From NCBI RefSeq assembly GCF_046119375.1, contig NW_027362763.1, forward strand, positions 893,482,001 through 893,546,000: a stretch of 64,000 nt of DNA, written 5' to 3'. The notes under the pieces are model-generated. The model searched no databases, was not told where the DNA came from, and saw nothing but the letters and a program-made list of their open reading frames with translations. This DNA comes from Phyllobates terribilis. Taxonomy: Eukaryota. Made by a program: the position numbers and the translations under genes. Shown here piece by piece: positions 12,291-23,138 of the stretch (its first letter is position 1; each line of letters opens with the position of its first letter).

Positions 12291-14224
12291 TCTATTAGTC
12301 CATCTATACTGACCTCCATCAGGTTGCAAACTGAATATAATTTTTTTCTGCATCTAGCTCTGAAAAAATATTTGGGCTTCTAGCGGTGTGTGGGACTTGG
12401 TCTATTAGTCCATCTATACTGACCTCCATCAGGTTGCAAATTAAAAATAATTTTTTTCTGCATCTAGCTCTGAAAAAATATTTGGGCTTCTAGCGGTGTG
12501 TGGGACTTGGTCTATTAGTCCATCTATACTGACCTCCATCAGGTTGCAAATTAAAAATAATTTTTTTCTGCATCTAGCTCTGAAAAAATATTTGGGCTTC
12601 TAGCAGTGTGTGGGACTTGGTCTATTAGTCCATCTATACTGACCTACATCAGGTTGCAAATTAAAAATATTTTTTTTCTGCATCTAGCTCTGAAAAAATA
12701 TTTGGGCTTCTAGCGGTGTGTGGGACTTGGTCTATTAGTCCATCTATACTGACCTCCATCAGGTTGCAAATTAAAAATAATTTTTTTCTGCATCTAGCTC
12801 TGAAAAAATATTTGGGCTTCTAGCAGTGTGTGGGACTTGGTCTATTAGTCCATCTATACTGACCTCCATCAGGTTGCAAATTAAAAATATTTTTTTTCTG
12901 CATCTAGCTCTGAAAAAATATTTGGGCTTCTAGCAGTGTGTGGGACTTGTTCTATTAGTCCTTCTATACTGGCCTCCAGCAGGTTGCAAATTGAATATAA
13001 TTTTTTTCTGCATATAGCTCTGAAAAAATAGTTGGGCTTCTAGCGGTGTGTGGGACTTGGTCTATTAGTCCATCTATACTGACCTCCATCAGGTTGCAAA
13101 TTAAAAATAATTTTTTTCTGCATCTAGCTCTGAAAAAATATTTGGGCTTCTAGCAGTGTGTGGGACTTGGTCTATTAGTCCATCTATACTGACCTCCATC
13201 AGGTTGCAAATTAAAAATAATTTTTTTCTTCATTTATCTCTGAAAAAATATTTGGGCTTCTAGCAGCGTGTGGGACTTGTTCTATTAGTCCATCTATACT
13301 GACCTCCATCAGGTTGCAAATTAAAAATAATTTTTTTCTGCATCTAGCTCTGAAAAAATATTTGGGCTTCTAGCAGTGTGTGGGACTTGGTCTATTAGTC
13401 CATCTATACTGACCTCCATCAGGTTGCAAATTAAAAATAATTTTTTTCTTCATTTATCTCTGAAAAAATATTTGGGCTTCTAGCAGCGTGTGGGACTTGT
13501 TCTATTAGTCCATCTATACTGACCTCCATCAGGTTGCAAATTAAAAATAATTTCTTTCTGCATCTAGCTCTGAAAAAATATTTGGGCTTCTAGCAGTGTG
13601 TGGGACTTGGTCTATTAGTCCATCTATACTGACCTCCATCAGGTTGCAAATTAAAAATAATTTTTTTCTGCATCTAGCTCTGAAAAAATATTTGGGCTTC
13701 TAGCAGTGTGTGGGACTTGGTCTATTAGTCCATCTATACTGACCTCCATCAGGTTGCAAATTGAATAAAAAAAATTTCTGCATCTAGCTCTGAAAAAATA
13801 TTTGGGCTTCTAGCGGTGTGTGGGACTTGGTCTATTAGTCCATCTATACTGACCTCCATCAGGTTGCAAATTAAAAATAATTTTTTTCTTCATTTAGCTC
13901 TGAAAAAATATTTGGGCTTCTAGCAGTGTGTGGGACTTGTTCTATTAGTCCTTCTATACTGACCTCCAGCAGGTTGCAAATTGAATATAATTTTTTCTGC
14001 ATCTAGCTCTGAAAAAATATTTGGGCTTCTAGCGGTGTGTGGGACTTGGTCTATTAGTCCATCTATACTGACCTCCATCAGGTTGCAAATTAAAAATAAT
14101 TTTTTTCTGCATCTAGCTCTGAAAAAATATTTGGGCTTCTAGCGGTGTGTGGGACTTGGTCTATTAGTCCATCTATACTGACCTCCATCAGGTTGCAAAT
14201 TAAAAATAATTTTTTTCTGCATCT
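12291..14224 (+). repeat. 110-bp tandem array (~17.6 units) upstream of the transposase
   Basis: TCTATTAGTCCATCTATACTGACCTCCATCAGGTTGCAAA... restarts every 110 nt from 12291 to ~14160. Confidence 0.95.
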
Positions 14225-14341
14225 AACCCAGCCAATAGTTTTGGCCTAATACCACAGTTTGGCCACTCAGCTCTGCTCGGTTACCATCCATTGTTTTTTT
14301 GTGCAAACAACTCCAGAGTTGTGAATTAGTTAACCACCAAA

Positions 14342-17300
14342 ATGAGTGGAAAAAGGCCTGCTGCTGGTGGAAAGGGGAATAGGCATGTTGGGAAGGGGAA
14401 AAAAGGTTGTGTCCGTGGGGTAGGTGCAGAAGAAAGACCATCTTCCAGCCAAACTAAAATGTCTACTTCTTTTATCGGACAATGTGATAAGATCCCTTTC
14501 TTACGGCCACGCCAATCGCTACAAATTCCAGATGAGGCACAAAAACAGCAGGTGCTTCAACGGATATCAAGTGCTCCTTTAAGTGGGCTCTCCTCCACAT
14601 CAACTTCAACATCACAAATACTCCAGTCCTCAAAGGTGTCACCCAAATCGCACTTGCTTCCTCACAGCTCCCAAATCTCCAGCTGCCCGTCTGAGTATGA
14701 GGTAGAACAGATGGTTGAGTCTGCAGAGCTGTTTACTCATACTATAGCCTGGGAATCAGAGGTCGACTCCAGCGCTTCTGTGAATCCAGACGAGGAAATG
14801 ATCTGCACTGATGCCCAGAATCTTTATGAGTCGGATCCAGGACCAGACGCAGAAGGTTCTGACCATAATGTAGACCCTCATTCCCAAACTGTAACTCCTG
14901 TTGGTGGAGACAATGAGGAAGACGATGATAAGACTCAAATACCTGATTGGAGCGACAACTTTAGTTTTTTGTCAGGGCAGGAACAGGTTGGCTCTGAGGA
15001 CGACGGGTGTGATAACGCACAGGGTGATGATGATGAGGTCGGAGATCCCACTTACTGTCAACCCACAGTCAGCCAAGAGATGAGGTCAGCAGAGGAGGTG
15101 GAGGAAAATGCTAGTGACGACGAGGTCAGGTTGCGCCTTCCTGGACAGAGACGTAGTACTGGAAGCACGTCAACAACTGCATCCTCAAACACAACTCTGC
15201 CTCTCACCACAAGTCGTGGTGGCTCTTCAGGTCGCATGGGTGCTAAGCCTTGCATAGCCTGGGCATTTTTTCAGATCGATAAAGATGACCCAACTCGTGT
15301 TATCTGTAACATTTGTCAGCAAAAGCTAAGTAGAGGCCAAAAAATACATAGTTTGAGTACTTCATGCATGAACCGGCACATGGACATGAAGCATAAGTTG
15401 CAGTGGAAAGCTCAGTGTGCTACAATGCGGTCTAGCCGGCCGGGCCAACCACCGTCTGCCATATCTTGTGCATCCGCGGCCTCTTCATCCTCTGTGACTG
15501 GGGGGACAGCAGTCACACCTGTTTTGGGGCGCAGACCTGCCACCTCTTTACCCGCAACAGCCAGCGTGATTGGCAGGTCATCATTTTCTTTGGAGGTGGT
15601 AACACCAGCTGGTGTTGAGCGCTGTCCGACATCGATAGCACCACCTTTGGATCAAGGCAACCTAACATGTCCGCCTGCATCTTCCTCACAGACCGGCAGT
15701 TTGCCGGGGACACCCTTATCAACCCCGTCTAAGCACAATAGCCAGCCCTCGGTCCCTCAGATGTGGACAAGTAAAAGACCATTTCCTCCTAGCCATGAGA
15801 AAGCTAAGAGGTTGAATTTCACCATCTGCAAGCTCTTGGCTACAGAAATGCTGCCTTTCCGCCTGGTGGACACAGAGGATTTTCGAGACCTTATGTCCGT
15901 CGCAGTGCCCCAGTACCAGATGCCCAGTCGGCACTACTTCTCAAAGAAAGGTGTGCCTGCGCTCCACCAGCATGTCGCACACAACATCACCGCTTCTTTG
16001 AGAAACTCTGTGTGTGACAGGGTGCATTTCACCACAGACACTTGGACGAGTAGGCATGGACAGGGGCGTTACATGTCGCTGACTGGGCACTGGGTAACTA
16101 TGGTGACAGCAGGACAAGGGGCTGCTGTCCAAGTCTTGCCGTCCCCACGAGTTGTGCGTCAATCCTCTTTATGTCATTTTTCCACCACTGCTTCTGCCTC
16201 CTCAACCTCCTCTCGGTCTTCCACCTGCACCCAAAGCCTGTCTGGTCATGCCACAAGCTTTCTAACTGCGCAGAAGGGATCCTGCACACCTCCTTACTAT
16301 GCTGGCAGTAGGGCTCAACGTCATCAGGCGGTTTTTACATTGAAATGTCTGGGAAATGTGAGTCACACAGCTGAGGAGTTGTGGTCAGCTCTGGAGAACC
16401 AATTTCATGAATGGTTGTCTCCACTGGACCTGAAACCAGGGAAGGCCGTGTGCGACAATGCTGCAAACCTGGGTGCGGCCCTTCGCCGGGGCAATGTCAC
16501 ACACGTGCCTTGTATGGCTCACGTGTTGAACCTGGTTGTCCAGCAATTTTTAGCCCACTATCCCAGACTAGATGGCCTTCTGCAGAGGGCACGGTCGCTG
16601 TGTGCTCACTTCCGCCGTTCGCATCCCGCAGCTCAGCGACTTACATCTCTACAGAAGTCGTTGGGCCTGCCACTTCACCGGCTAAAATGCGATGTGCCTA
16701 CCCGGTGGAATTCAACTCTGCACATGTTGCAGCGACTGTGGCAGCACCGACAAGCCCTGGTGCAATACGTTCTGACGTATAGCCTGGGCCAACGAGATTC
16801 AGAGGTGGGGCAAATCACGCTGGAGGAGTGGTCTCAGATCAGGGACCTATGCACCCTTCTGCACAGTTTTGAAATGGCGACGAAGATGTTTAGTGCTGAC
16901 GATGCCATTATCAGCATGACTATTCTGGTGATTTACATGCTGGAGCACATGTTAAACAGAATTCGGAGTCAGGTGGTGGCACAAGAGGAGGTGGAGGAAG
17001 TAGAGGAGGAGGAGTTGTATGCGGAAGGGCTAACATCTGCAAGGTCCAGACGGTCGGCAGCACCAAGGCGGCAGGCATGTGAGGGTGGGGGAGATGGTTT
17101 TACCAGGACGCATGGTAGCAGCCAAACTAGTGAGGAAGGTGCAGGAGCCCAGGAAGAAGTGGAGGACGAACTGATGGAAGACTCATCAGATGAGGGAGAC
17201 CTTGATCACATTTCTGTTGTGCGAGGTTGGGGGGAGAGGACAGAGGAAGGAAGCATGATTGTTACCTCGCCACCAACACAACAGGGACTTGGTGCTCCTG

Positions 17301-18022
17301 GATGCGCAACACACATGAGTGCCTTCTTGCTGCACTACCTGCAACATGACCCTCGAATTGTGAGAATTAGAAATAATCCTGACTACTGGGTTGCCACACT
17401 GTTAGATCCCCGGTACAAAAGTAAATTTGCAGAAATTATTCCTGCCATAGAAAGGGATGCACGCATGCAGGAGTATCAGCAGAGACTGTTGCAGAATCTT
17501 ACATGTGCTTTTCCACAAAATACCAGTGGTGCACGTAGTGAATCTCACAGTTCCAACTTGCCAACCGTGGGACCGTCAAGTGTTCAGCACTCAAACCGTG
17601 ACAGAACCACAGTATCTGCTGGTAACATCAATTTTGCGGAATCATTTCACCACTTTTTTAGCCCATCCTTTGCAAGGCCACAGGAGACAAGAAGTCTGAC
17701 ACATAGTCAACGCCTAGAGACGATGGTACAGGAGTATCTCCAAGTAAACATTGAAGCCACGACTGTGTCACTGGACCCTTGCTCTTTTTGGGCTTCCAAT
17801 CTGGATAAATGGCCGGAGCTAGCCACTTACGCCTTGGAGATCTTGTCATGCCCCGCAGCCAGCGTTCTGTCTGAACGTGTGTTCAGCGCTGCTGGTGGTG
17901 TGCTGACAGATAAGCGCACGCGGCTCTCCACTGATAATGTAGACAGACTCACGTTCATAAAGATGAACAAATCATGGATCCGAAACGACTTTTCTACCCC
18001 TGTGTCATCCTGGGGAGAGTAA
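14342..18022 (+). CDS. hAT (Ac/ZBED-like) transposase, 1226 aa, intact
   Basis: BED finger (AWAFF..VICNICQQKL..MNRHMDMKH), catalytic D (HFTTDTWTS), D (VCDNAAN), CxxH (CMAHVLNL), TRWNST, E (SERVFSAAG) and C-terminal dimerisation motif (LTDKRTRL..DNVDRLTFIKMN). No stops. Confidence 0.95.
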   Translation: MSGKRPAAGGKGNRHVGKGKKGCVRGVGAEERPSSSQTKMSTSFIGQCDKIPFLRPRQSLQIPDEAQKQQVLQRISSAPLSGLSSTSTSTSQILQSSKVSPKSHLLPHSSQISSCPSEYEVEQMVESAELFTHTIAWESEVDSSASVNPDEEMICTDAQNLYESDPGPDAEGSDHNVDPHSQTVTPVGGDNEEDDDKTQIPDWSDNFSFLSGQEQVGSEDDGCDNAQGDDDEVGDPTYCQPTVSQEMRSAEEVEENASDDEVRLRLPGQRRSTGSTSTTASSNTTLPLTTSRGGSSGRMGAKPCIAWAFFQIDKDDPTRVICNICQQKLSRGQKIHSLSTSCMNRHMDMKHKLQWKAQCATMRSSRPGQPPSAISCASAASSSSVTGGTAVTPVLGRRPATSLPATASVIGRSSFSLEVVTPAGVERCPTSIAPPLDQGNLTCPPASSSQTGSLPGTPLSTPSKHNSQPSVPQMWTSKRPFPPSHEKAKRLNFTICKLLATEMLPFRLVDTEDFRDLMSVAVPQYQMPSRHYFSKKGVPALHQHVAHNITASLRNSVCDRVHFTTDTWTSRHGQGRYMSLTGHWVTMVTAGQGAAVQVLPSPRVVRQSSLCHFSTTASASSTSSRSSTCTQSLSGHATSFLTAQKGSCTPPYYAGSRAQRHQAVFTLKCLGNVSHTAEELWSALENQFHEWLSPLDLKPGKAVCDNAANLGAALRRGNVTHVPCMAHVLNLVVQQFLAHYPRLDGLLQRARSLCAHFRRSHPAAQRLTSLQKSLGLPLHRLKCDVPTRWNSTLHMLQRLWQHRQALVQYVLTYSLGQRDSEVGQITLEEWSQIRDLCTLLHSFEMATKMFSADDAIISMTILVIYMLEHMLNRIRSQVVAQEEVEEVEEEELYAEGLTSARSRRSAAPRRQACEGGGDGFTRTHGSSQTSEEGAGAQEEVEDELMEDSSDEGDLDHISVVRGWGERTEEGSMIVTSPPTQQGLGAPGCATHMSAFLLHYLQHDPRIVRIRNNPDYWVATLLDPRYKSKFAEIIPAIERDARMQEYQQRLLQNLTCAFPQNTSGARSESHSSNLPTVGPSSVQHSNRDRTTVSAGNINFAESFHHFFSPSFARPQETRSLTHSQRLETMVQEYLQVNIEATTVSLDPCSFWASNLDKWPELATYALEILSCPAASVLSERVFSAAGGVLTDKRTRLSTDNVDRLTFIKMNKSWIRNDFSTPVSSWGE

Positions 18023-18348
18023 AAGCTTGATGATTGGTTAAAATCACCCTACCAACCGTTTTAAGCTTTCAAATTACTAATCATGTTTATCTGTATCTTG
18101 ACTGGAAAATAATTTGGGCTTTGTAGCAGTGTGCAGCACTGATCCTATTAGGCCATCTATACTAAAGCTTCACCAGATTTAAAATTAAAAATAATTTTTA
18201 GCTGCATCTAGCCCGGAAAATAATTTTGGGGCTCCGAGATGCGCAAGGCACATAAGTGCCTTCTTGCTGCACTACCTGCAGCATGACCCTCATATTGTCA
18301 GAATTCGAAGTAATCATGACTACTGGGTTGCCACACTCTTAGATCCCC

Positions 18349-19722
18349 CAAACTTTTCGATCAACATTTTCATTTTAATAAAGACCAAAAAAATGGTCAT
18401 TTTTGAAATTATAAGCATTAGCAGGTTGTTAGAAACTGAAATCAAACAGTTTTCAACTCAAAACTTTATTCTAGGTGATGTTACATTTTCACATAGGACC
18501 CCTTGTTCGAAAGGAGCTTCTGAACTCTCTCGTCCATTGAATTTGTCAGGTTTTGGATGGTTTCTGCTTCAATTGTTTTGCATGAGGACAGAATACCCTC
18601 CCAGAGCTGTTGCTTAGATGTGAACTGCCTCCCGCCATCATAGACACTCCTTTTAATGATGCTCCAAAGGTTCTGAATGGGGTAGAGGTCAGGGGAGCAT
18701 GGGGGTCACACCATAAGTTTGTCCCCTTTTATGCCCATATCAGCCAGAGATGCAGATGTTTTATGTGCAGCATGAGATGGTGCATTATCATGCAGAAAAA
18801 TGATCTTGCTGTGAAATACATGGTTCTTCTTCTTGAACCATGGCAGGAAGTGCTGTTTGAGAAAATCCACATACATTATGGAGTTCATCTTTAGCGCCTT
18901 CAGGGATCCTAAAGGGGCCGACAATCTCTCTCCCCATGATTCCAGCCCAAAACATTACTCCACCTCCTCCTTGTTGGCGCTGTAGCCGTGTTTGCGTGGG
19001 GTGTCCATCAACCAGCCATCCTCCACTCCATCCATCTGGACCATCGAGCGCTGCACGGCACTCATCCGTGAACAAAACAGTTTTGAAATCAGTCTTCATG
19101 TAATGTTTGGCCCACTGGAGCCGTTTCTGCTTGTGTGAAGTGGATAGAGGAGGTCGACAGGATGGCGCATGCACAGCTGCAAACCTCTGAAGGACCCTGC
19201 ATCTTGTTGTTCGGGGGACGTTGGAGGCACAAGCAGCTTCAAAAACTTGTCTGCTGCTATGACAAGGCTTTTTTGCCGCTGCTCTTTCAACCTGACGTAA
19301 TTGCCTGTAGGAAAGAGTCCTCAATTTGCCCTTATCAGCACGCACACGTGTGTACTGTGAATCAGCTACATACTTCTTGATTGCCAAGACACTTCATCCT
19401 GATCATCGCACAATGTTGATTGTAGTCATGCCTTGACCTAAACACTCCACAATTTGTTGCTTCTCAGCAGCCGACACATCCTTTTTCTTTCCCATTTTGG
19501 CAGAAAATGTAGGCTGCTTAATAATGTGAGAGAGCCTTCTTAAGTAGTCTTGCCTTTCATTGGACACACCTGCCAAACTAATTAGCACAGGTGTCTGCAA
19601 TTGCTTACAGTGATATAAAGAGCCCTGACACACATCACCATCAATGAGTTTAACTGACAAACAAACAAATTCTTCCCTTATCACTCCTAAACACTTTTTG
19701 TATAATAATTTGGAACGCAGTG
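18349..19722 (-). mobile_element. Tc1-family DD37E (TRT-like) transposon, frameshifted, one end lost; cargo of the inner hAT only
   Basis: VLFTDE, FLHDNAPSH and P.SPDL.PI motifs with 37 residues between the second D and the E position (now Q). Frameshifts and a W-to-stop change. One terminus CACTGCGTTCCAAATTATTA with TA at 19723-19724. Confidence 0.85.
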
Positions 19723-19793
19723 TACATGTGCTTTTCCACAAAACACCAGTGGTTCACGTAGTGAATCTTACAGTTCTAACTTGCCAACCGTGG

Positions 19794-21620
19794 TCTGTAT
19801 GGAGTTGTTCAATAAAGGGCCCAAAATTAAGATAACATAGATGGGAGAGGTCTCTATGAATAGGAATTCCTAAGTATTTGATACCCTGTGAGGGCCAGGC
19901 AAAGGGAAAGTTGGACTGGATGGAATCCTATATGGATTTGGGGAGGGAGACATCGAGGGCCTCAGACTTCGCTGCATTGATTTTAAAATTTTACCATGTA
20001 ACAAAGTTATCTATTTCAGCCATAACAGCATGGATGGATATATGTGATTGAGTGATATATACTAGGACATCATCAGCAAATAGAGAGCACTTGTACTCGG
20101 TGCCTCCCACCTCAATCCACCTAATATTGGGGTTATGGCGAATTGATGAGAGCAGGTGCTCCGTCACTAGGATGTATAAGAGAGGGGACAGAGGACATCA
20201 CTGCCTTGTCCCATTGGTGATTGTGAAAGGTGATGAAAATGTTCTGACGCACCCCCTGGGCCTTGGGACACCCGGAGCCGGACCCTTTTTGGTGGATGCT
20301 GGTGGTTGTAGTCTTCGTGGCGGCGACCCAGTTCCGTGGCTCAGGGCGGTCAAACCAGTGGCGGAACTATTTATGTGGTTTTCATGTTTAAATGTCCGAC
20401 TACGCCACCCGTGGATTGCGGTCAGAGTGAACCGCCGCTACAGGGCAGACCACTGAGGCTGGTGTTGTGGGTGCAGCAGAGCGTAGCATAACTCCCCACG
20501 GGAGGAGTATAGCCTCAGGGCAGTGTATGCGGAGGATGGGGGTGATGGTGCAGGGCAGCAGCAGTAACGACACGGAGTCAGTGATGCAGTTCAGGGCCTT
20601 TACTCACAGTTCTTATTATCCAGACCACGTCTGCAGGTAACGGCTGCCCACGTCGTACTGTGCTCACCAGGTGAGGGGCTCAGACAACTCCCAGATAACT
20701 TTGGAGCACTTCACAGGAACCCCTTTGTGTGTCCTTTGTCTGGCCTTTCTTACCAACACTTCTGTCCGGCTGCCTCGGGCCTCCTCTTGGTAAACTTGGC
20801 GCCAGTTTCCCTGACCCTATGTGGTGCCTTCCTAGCGGGTGTAGCGAGGGGCTGCGCCACATAAAATGTCAGAGCCTCCGGTTTCTAGCTGAGGGTCGTT
20901 TCCTGCCTCCACTAGTTCGGGGACCGGTCTCCCCCTTTGGCCTGACCCCTCCACGCAGGTGGATTCGGGCGTGCGGTGGCGACTCGCCCATCCGCACCTC
21001 TGGGATCCCTTCATTCCTCGTTCCTGGAGCCTTCTCCGCTCCTCTTCCTTCCTTCTCCCTCTTCCAGGCCTGGGCCTCTGTTACTAGGCCCGCCTCCGGA
21101 GCAGAGCTCATGCAGAGCCCCTGCTCCCTGCCACTTCTGCTCAGACTTCTCTGCACTGAACTAAGATGGTGCCCATCTTTTATACTCCCTTCTCAATGCA
21201 CCCAGGAACTGCTTCCTCCCTGCTCCTGCACTACAGGGTTCCCCTTCCTCAGTGTTCCCTCCCCCCACTCCAGCCAGGGACAGGGACTGTCGTGCCCATC
21301 TCAGGGGCATATTGGTCGCCCTGCCCCACGGCAATGTGGTGTAATGCATGCAGGTGTCGGGTCCTGATCCACACTCCATCCTTACCTGAGAGTGAGATAT
21401 CACACCTCTGGGTGAGGTGCAATACGTCTTTAGCAACCGAGCCCTCAGGGTGCTACAGTTCCATTTATCTTCAGCCTAGTTGACGTTTTGCGATATAGGG
21501 CCGTGATTTTGGCTATAAAAGGGTCCCCTAGACCCCTACCCCAAGCTTTTTAAGAGAATCATATATGGCGTGCCAGGAGACTCTATGGAATGCTTTCTCA
21601 GCATCCAACGAGAGTATCTA
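19794..21620 (-). pseudogene. L1 RT fragment split by a solo LTR (hAT cargo, inner copy)
   Basis: Inverted near-identical counterpart of 6835-8658. Confidence 0.85.
20245..21457 (-). mobile_element. Solo LTR (inner-copy counterpart of 6997-8207)
   Basis: TGACGCAC...GCTACA with TSD GTTC (20241-20244 / 21458-21461). Confidence 0.88.
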
Positions 21621-21721
21621 ATTACAAATTTTTAACTGCATCTAGCCCAGGAAATACTTTGTGCCTAGTAGCAGTGTCTGCTAGTAAGCGGATTATCCCG
21701 GCTGTTAAGCAAGCTGCACCA

Positions 21722-21997
21722 CCTGTAGTTTAGACACTTAATTTTTTCAAAGGAAATGCTTCGGGACCATGGGATACTTAGTGAAGGGCATCAGGAGGCA
21801 CCCCAAGGCATAGGGGCTGGGACTGGCAGTAGGATGCCTTGCGGTGGACAGCAGAGCTCGATCCTTATAAAAGCTTTTTAACTGCAGCAGCTTTAGTGGA
21901 CGCTACTGGAGCTGGAATTACCGCGGCTGCTGGCATGAGACTTGCCCTCCAATAGATCCTTGTAAATGGATTTAAAGTGTATTCATTCAAATTAGAG
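21722..21997 (-). pseudogene. Degenerate 18S rRNA fragment (inner hAT copy)
   Basis: GCTGGAATTACCGCGGCTGCTGGCA..AGACTTGCCCTCCAA is the reverse complement of the SSU core. Confidence 0.87.
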
Positions 21998-22508
21998 AGA
22001 CAATTTAAATTAAAAAGCTTAGAGCTGCCTCCACCACAGGGGGGCTCGCTCGACCCACCAGCGGACAGGCACCAGTATTGGGAGAGGGGGGCTGGCCGTC
22101 AGGGTTCACCGCGGCTCTGGCACAAACCCGGCGACACGGAGGTGGCACGGGCAGGAGCGGACTGGCCGTGTCGGCTTCTCACTTTTTGGATTTTAGAAGG
22201 GCATGACATGCCTATATCTGTGTCTCCCCCTCCTTTTACTCCTCCACCTCTTTTATTTTCGCATGACTATATGTACTTGTCACTTTTCCATGTGTTAGTT
22301 ATGTCTTCTGAGCAGTTTGTCAGCTTTTGGACACCTTTGAAGGTGTTTTCTATGTGTTTCTATGTGTTTTTGTTTGCCTGCCATTGGTTTTAACGGTGTT
22401 CGAAGGTGTTCGACGAACAGTTCGACGAACAGTTCGGCGAACACACGGGTGTTCGACGAACCGAACCGAACTCGAACACTACGGGGGTGGCTCAACACTA
22501 GTCAGAAC

Positions 22509-23022
22509 CTTCTGCGTCTGGTCCTGGATCCGACTCATAAAGATTCTGGGCATCAGTGCAGATCATTTCCTCGTCTGGATTCACAGAAGCGCTGGAGTCG
22601 ACCTCTGATTCCCAGGCTATAGTATGAGTAAACAGCTCTGCAGACTCAACCATCTGTTCTACCTCATACTCAGACGGGCAGCTGGAGATTTGGGAGCTGT
22701 GAGGAAGCAAGTGCGATTTGGGTGACACCTTTGAGGACTGGAGTATTTGTGATGTTGAAGTTGATGTGGAGGAGAGCCCACTTAAAGGAGCACTTGATAT
22801 CCGTTGAAGCACCTGCTGTTTTTGTGCCTCATCTGGAATTTGTAGCGATTGGCGTGGCCGTAAGAAAGGGATCTTATCACATTGTCCGCTAAAAGAAGTA
22901 GACATTTTAGTTTGGCTGGAAGATGGTCTTTCTTCTGCACCTACCCCACGGACACAACCTTTTTTCCCCTTCCCAACACGCCTATTCCCCTTTCCACCAG
23001 CAGCAGGCCTTTTTCCACTCAT
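22509..23022 (-). pseudogene. hAT transposase N-terminus of the outer copy
   Basis: MSGKRPAAGGKGNR...DAEGSD matches residues 1-174 of the intact ORF and is cut at the GTCAGAAC TSD. Confidence 0.93.
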
Positions 23023-23138
23023 TTTGGTGGTTAACTAATTCACAACTCTGGAGTTGTTTGCACAAAAAAACAATGGATGGTAACCAAGCAGAGCTGAGTG
23101 GCCAAACTGTGGTATTAGGCCAAAACTATTGGCTGGGT

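Larger units (their letters stand above)
11374..22500 (+). mobile_element. hAT transposon, inner complete copy (11,127 bp), putatively autonomous
   Basis: TAGAGATGAGCG at 11374 and GCTCAACACTA at 22490-22500 (imperfect 11-bp TIR, 9/11). 8-bp TSD GTCAGAAC at 11366-11373 and 22501-22508. Dense GTTCG/CGAAC subterminal motifs at both ends. Confidence 0.95.

Noticed and set aside
12291-12400. Possibility that the 110-bp unit derives from the antisense 18S fragment (shared TTTTT..CTGCA and GACTTG words)
   Set aside because: The resemblance is limited to a few short words and cannot be separated from chance by eye.
12291-14224. CRISPR-like appearance of the regular 110-bp array (also the 31-bp array at 47280-47697)
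   Set aside because: Units are contiguous with no unique spacers, there are no cas genes, and the context is eukaryotic.
14342-18022. Domesticated host ZBED gene (ZBED1/4/6)
   Set aside because: It retains TIRs, TSD and a near-identical second copy, so it is a transposon and no gene symbol was assigned.
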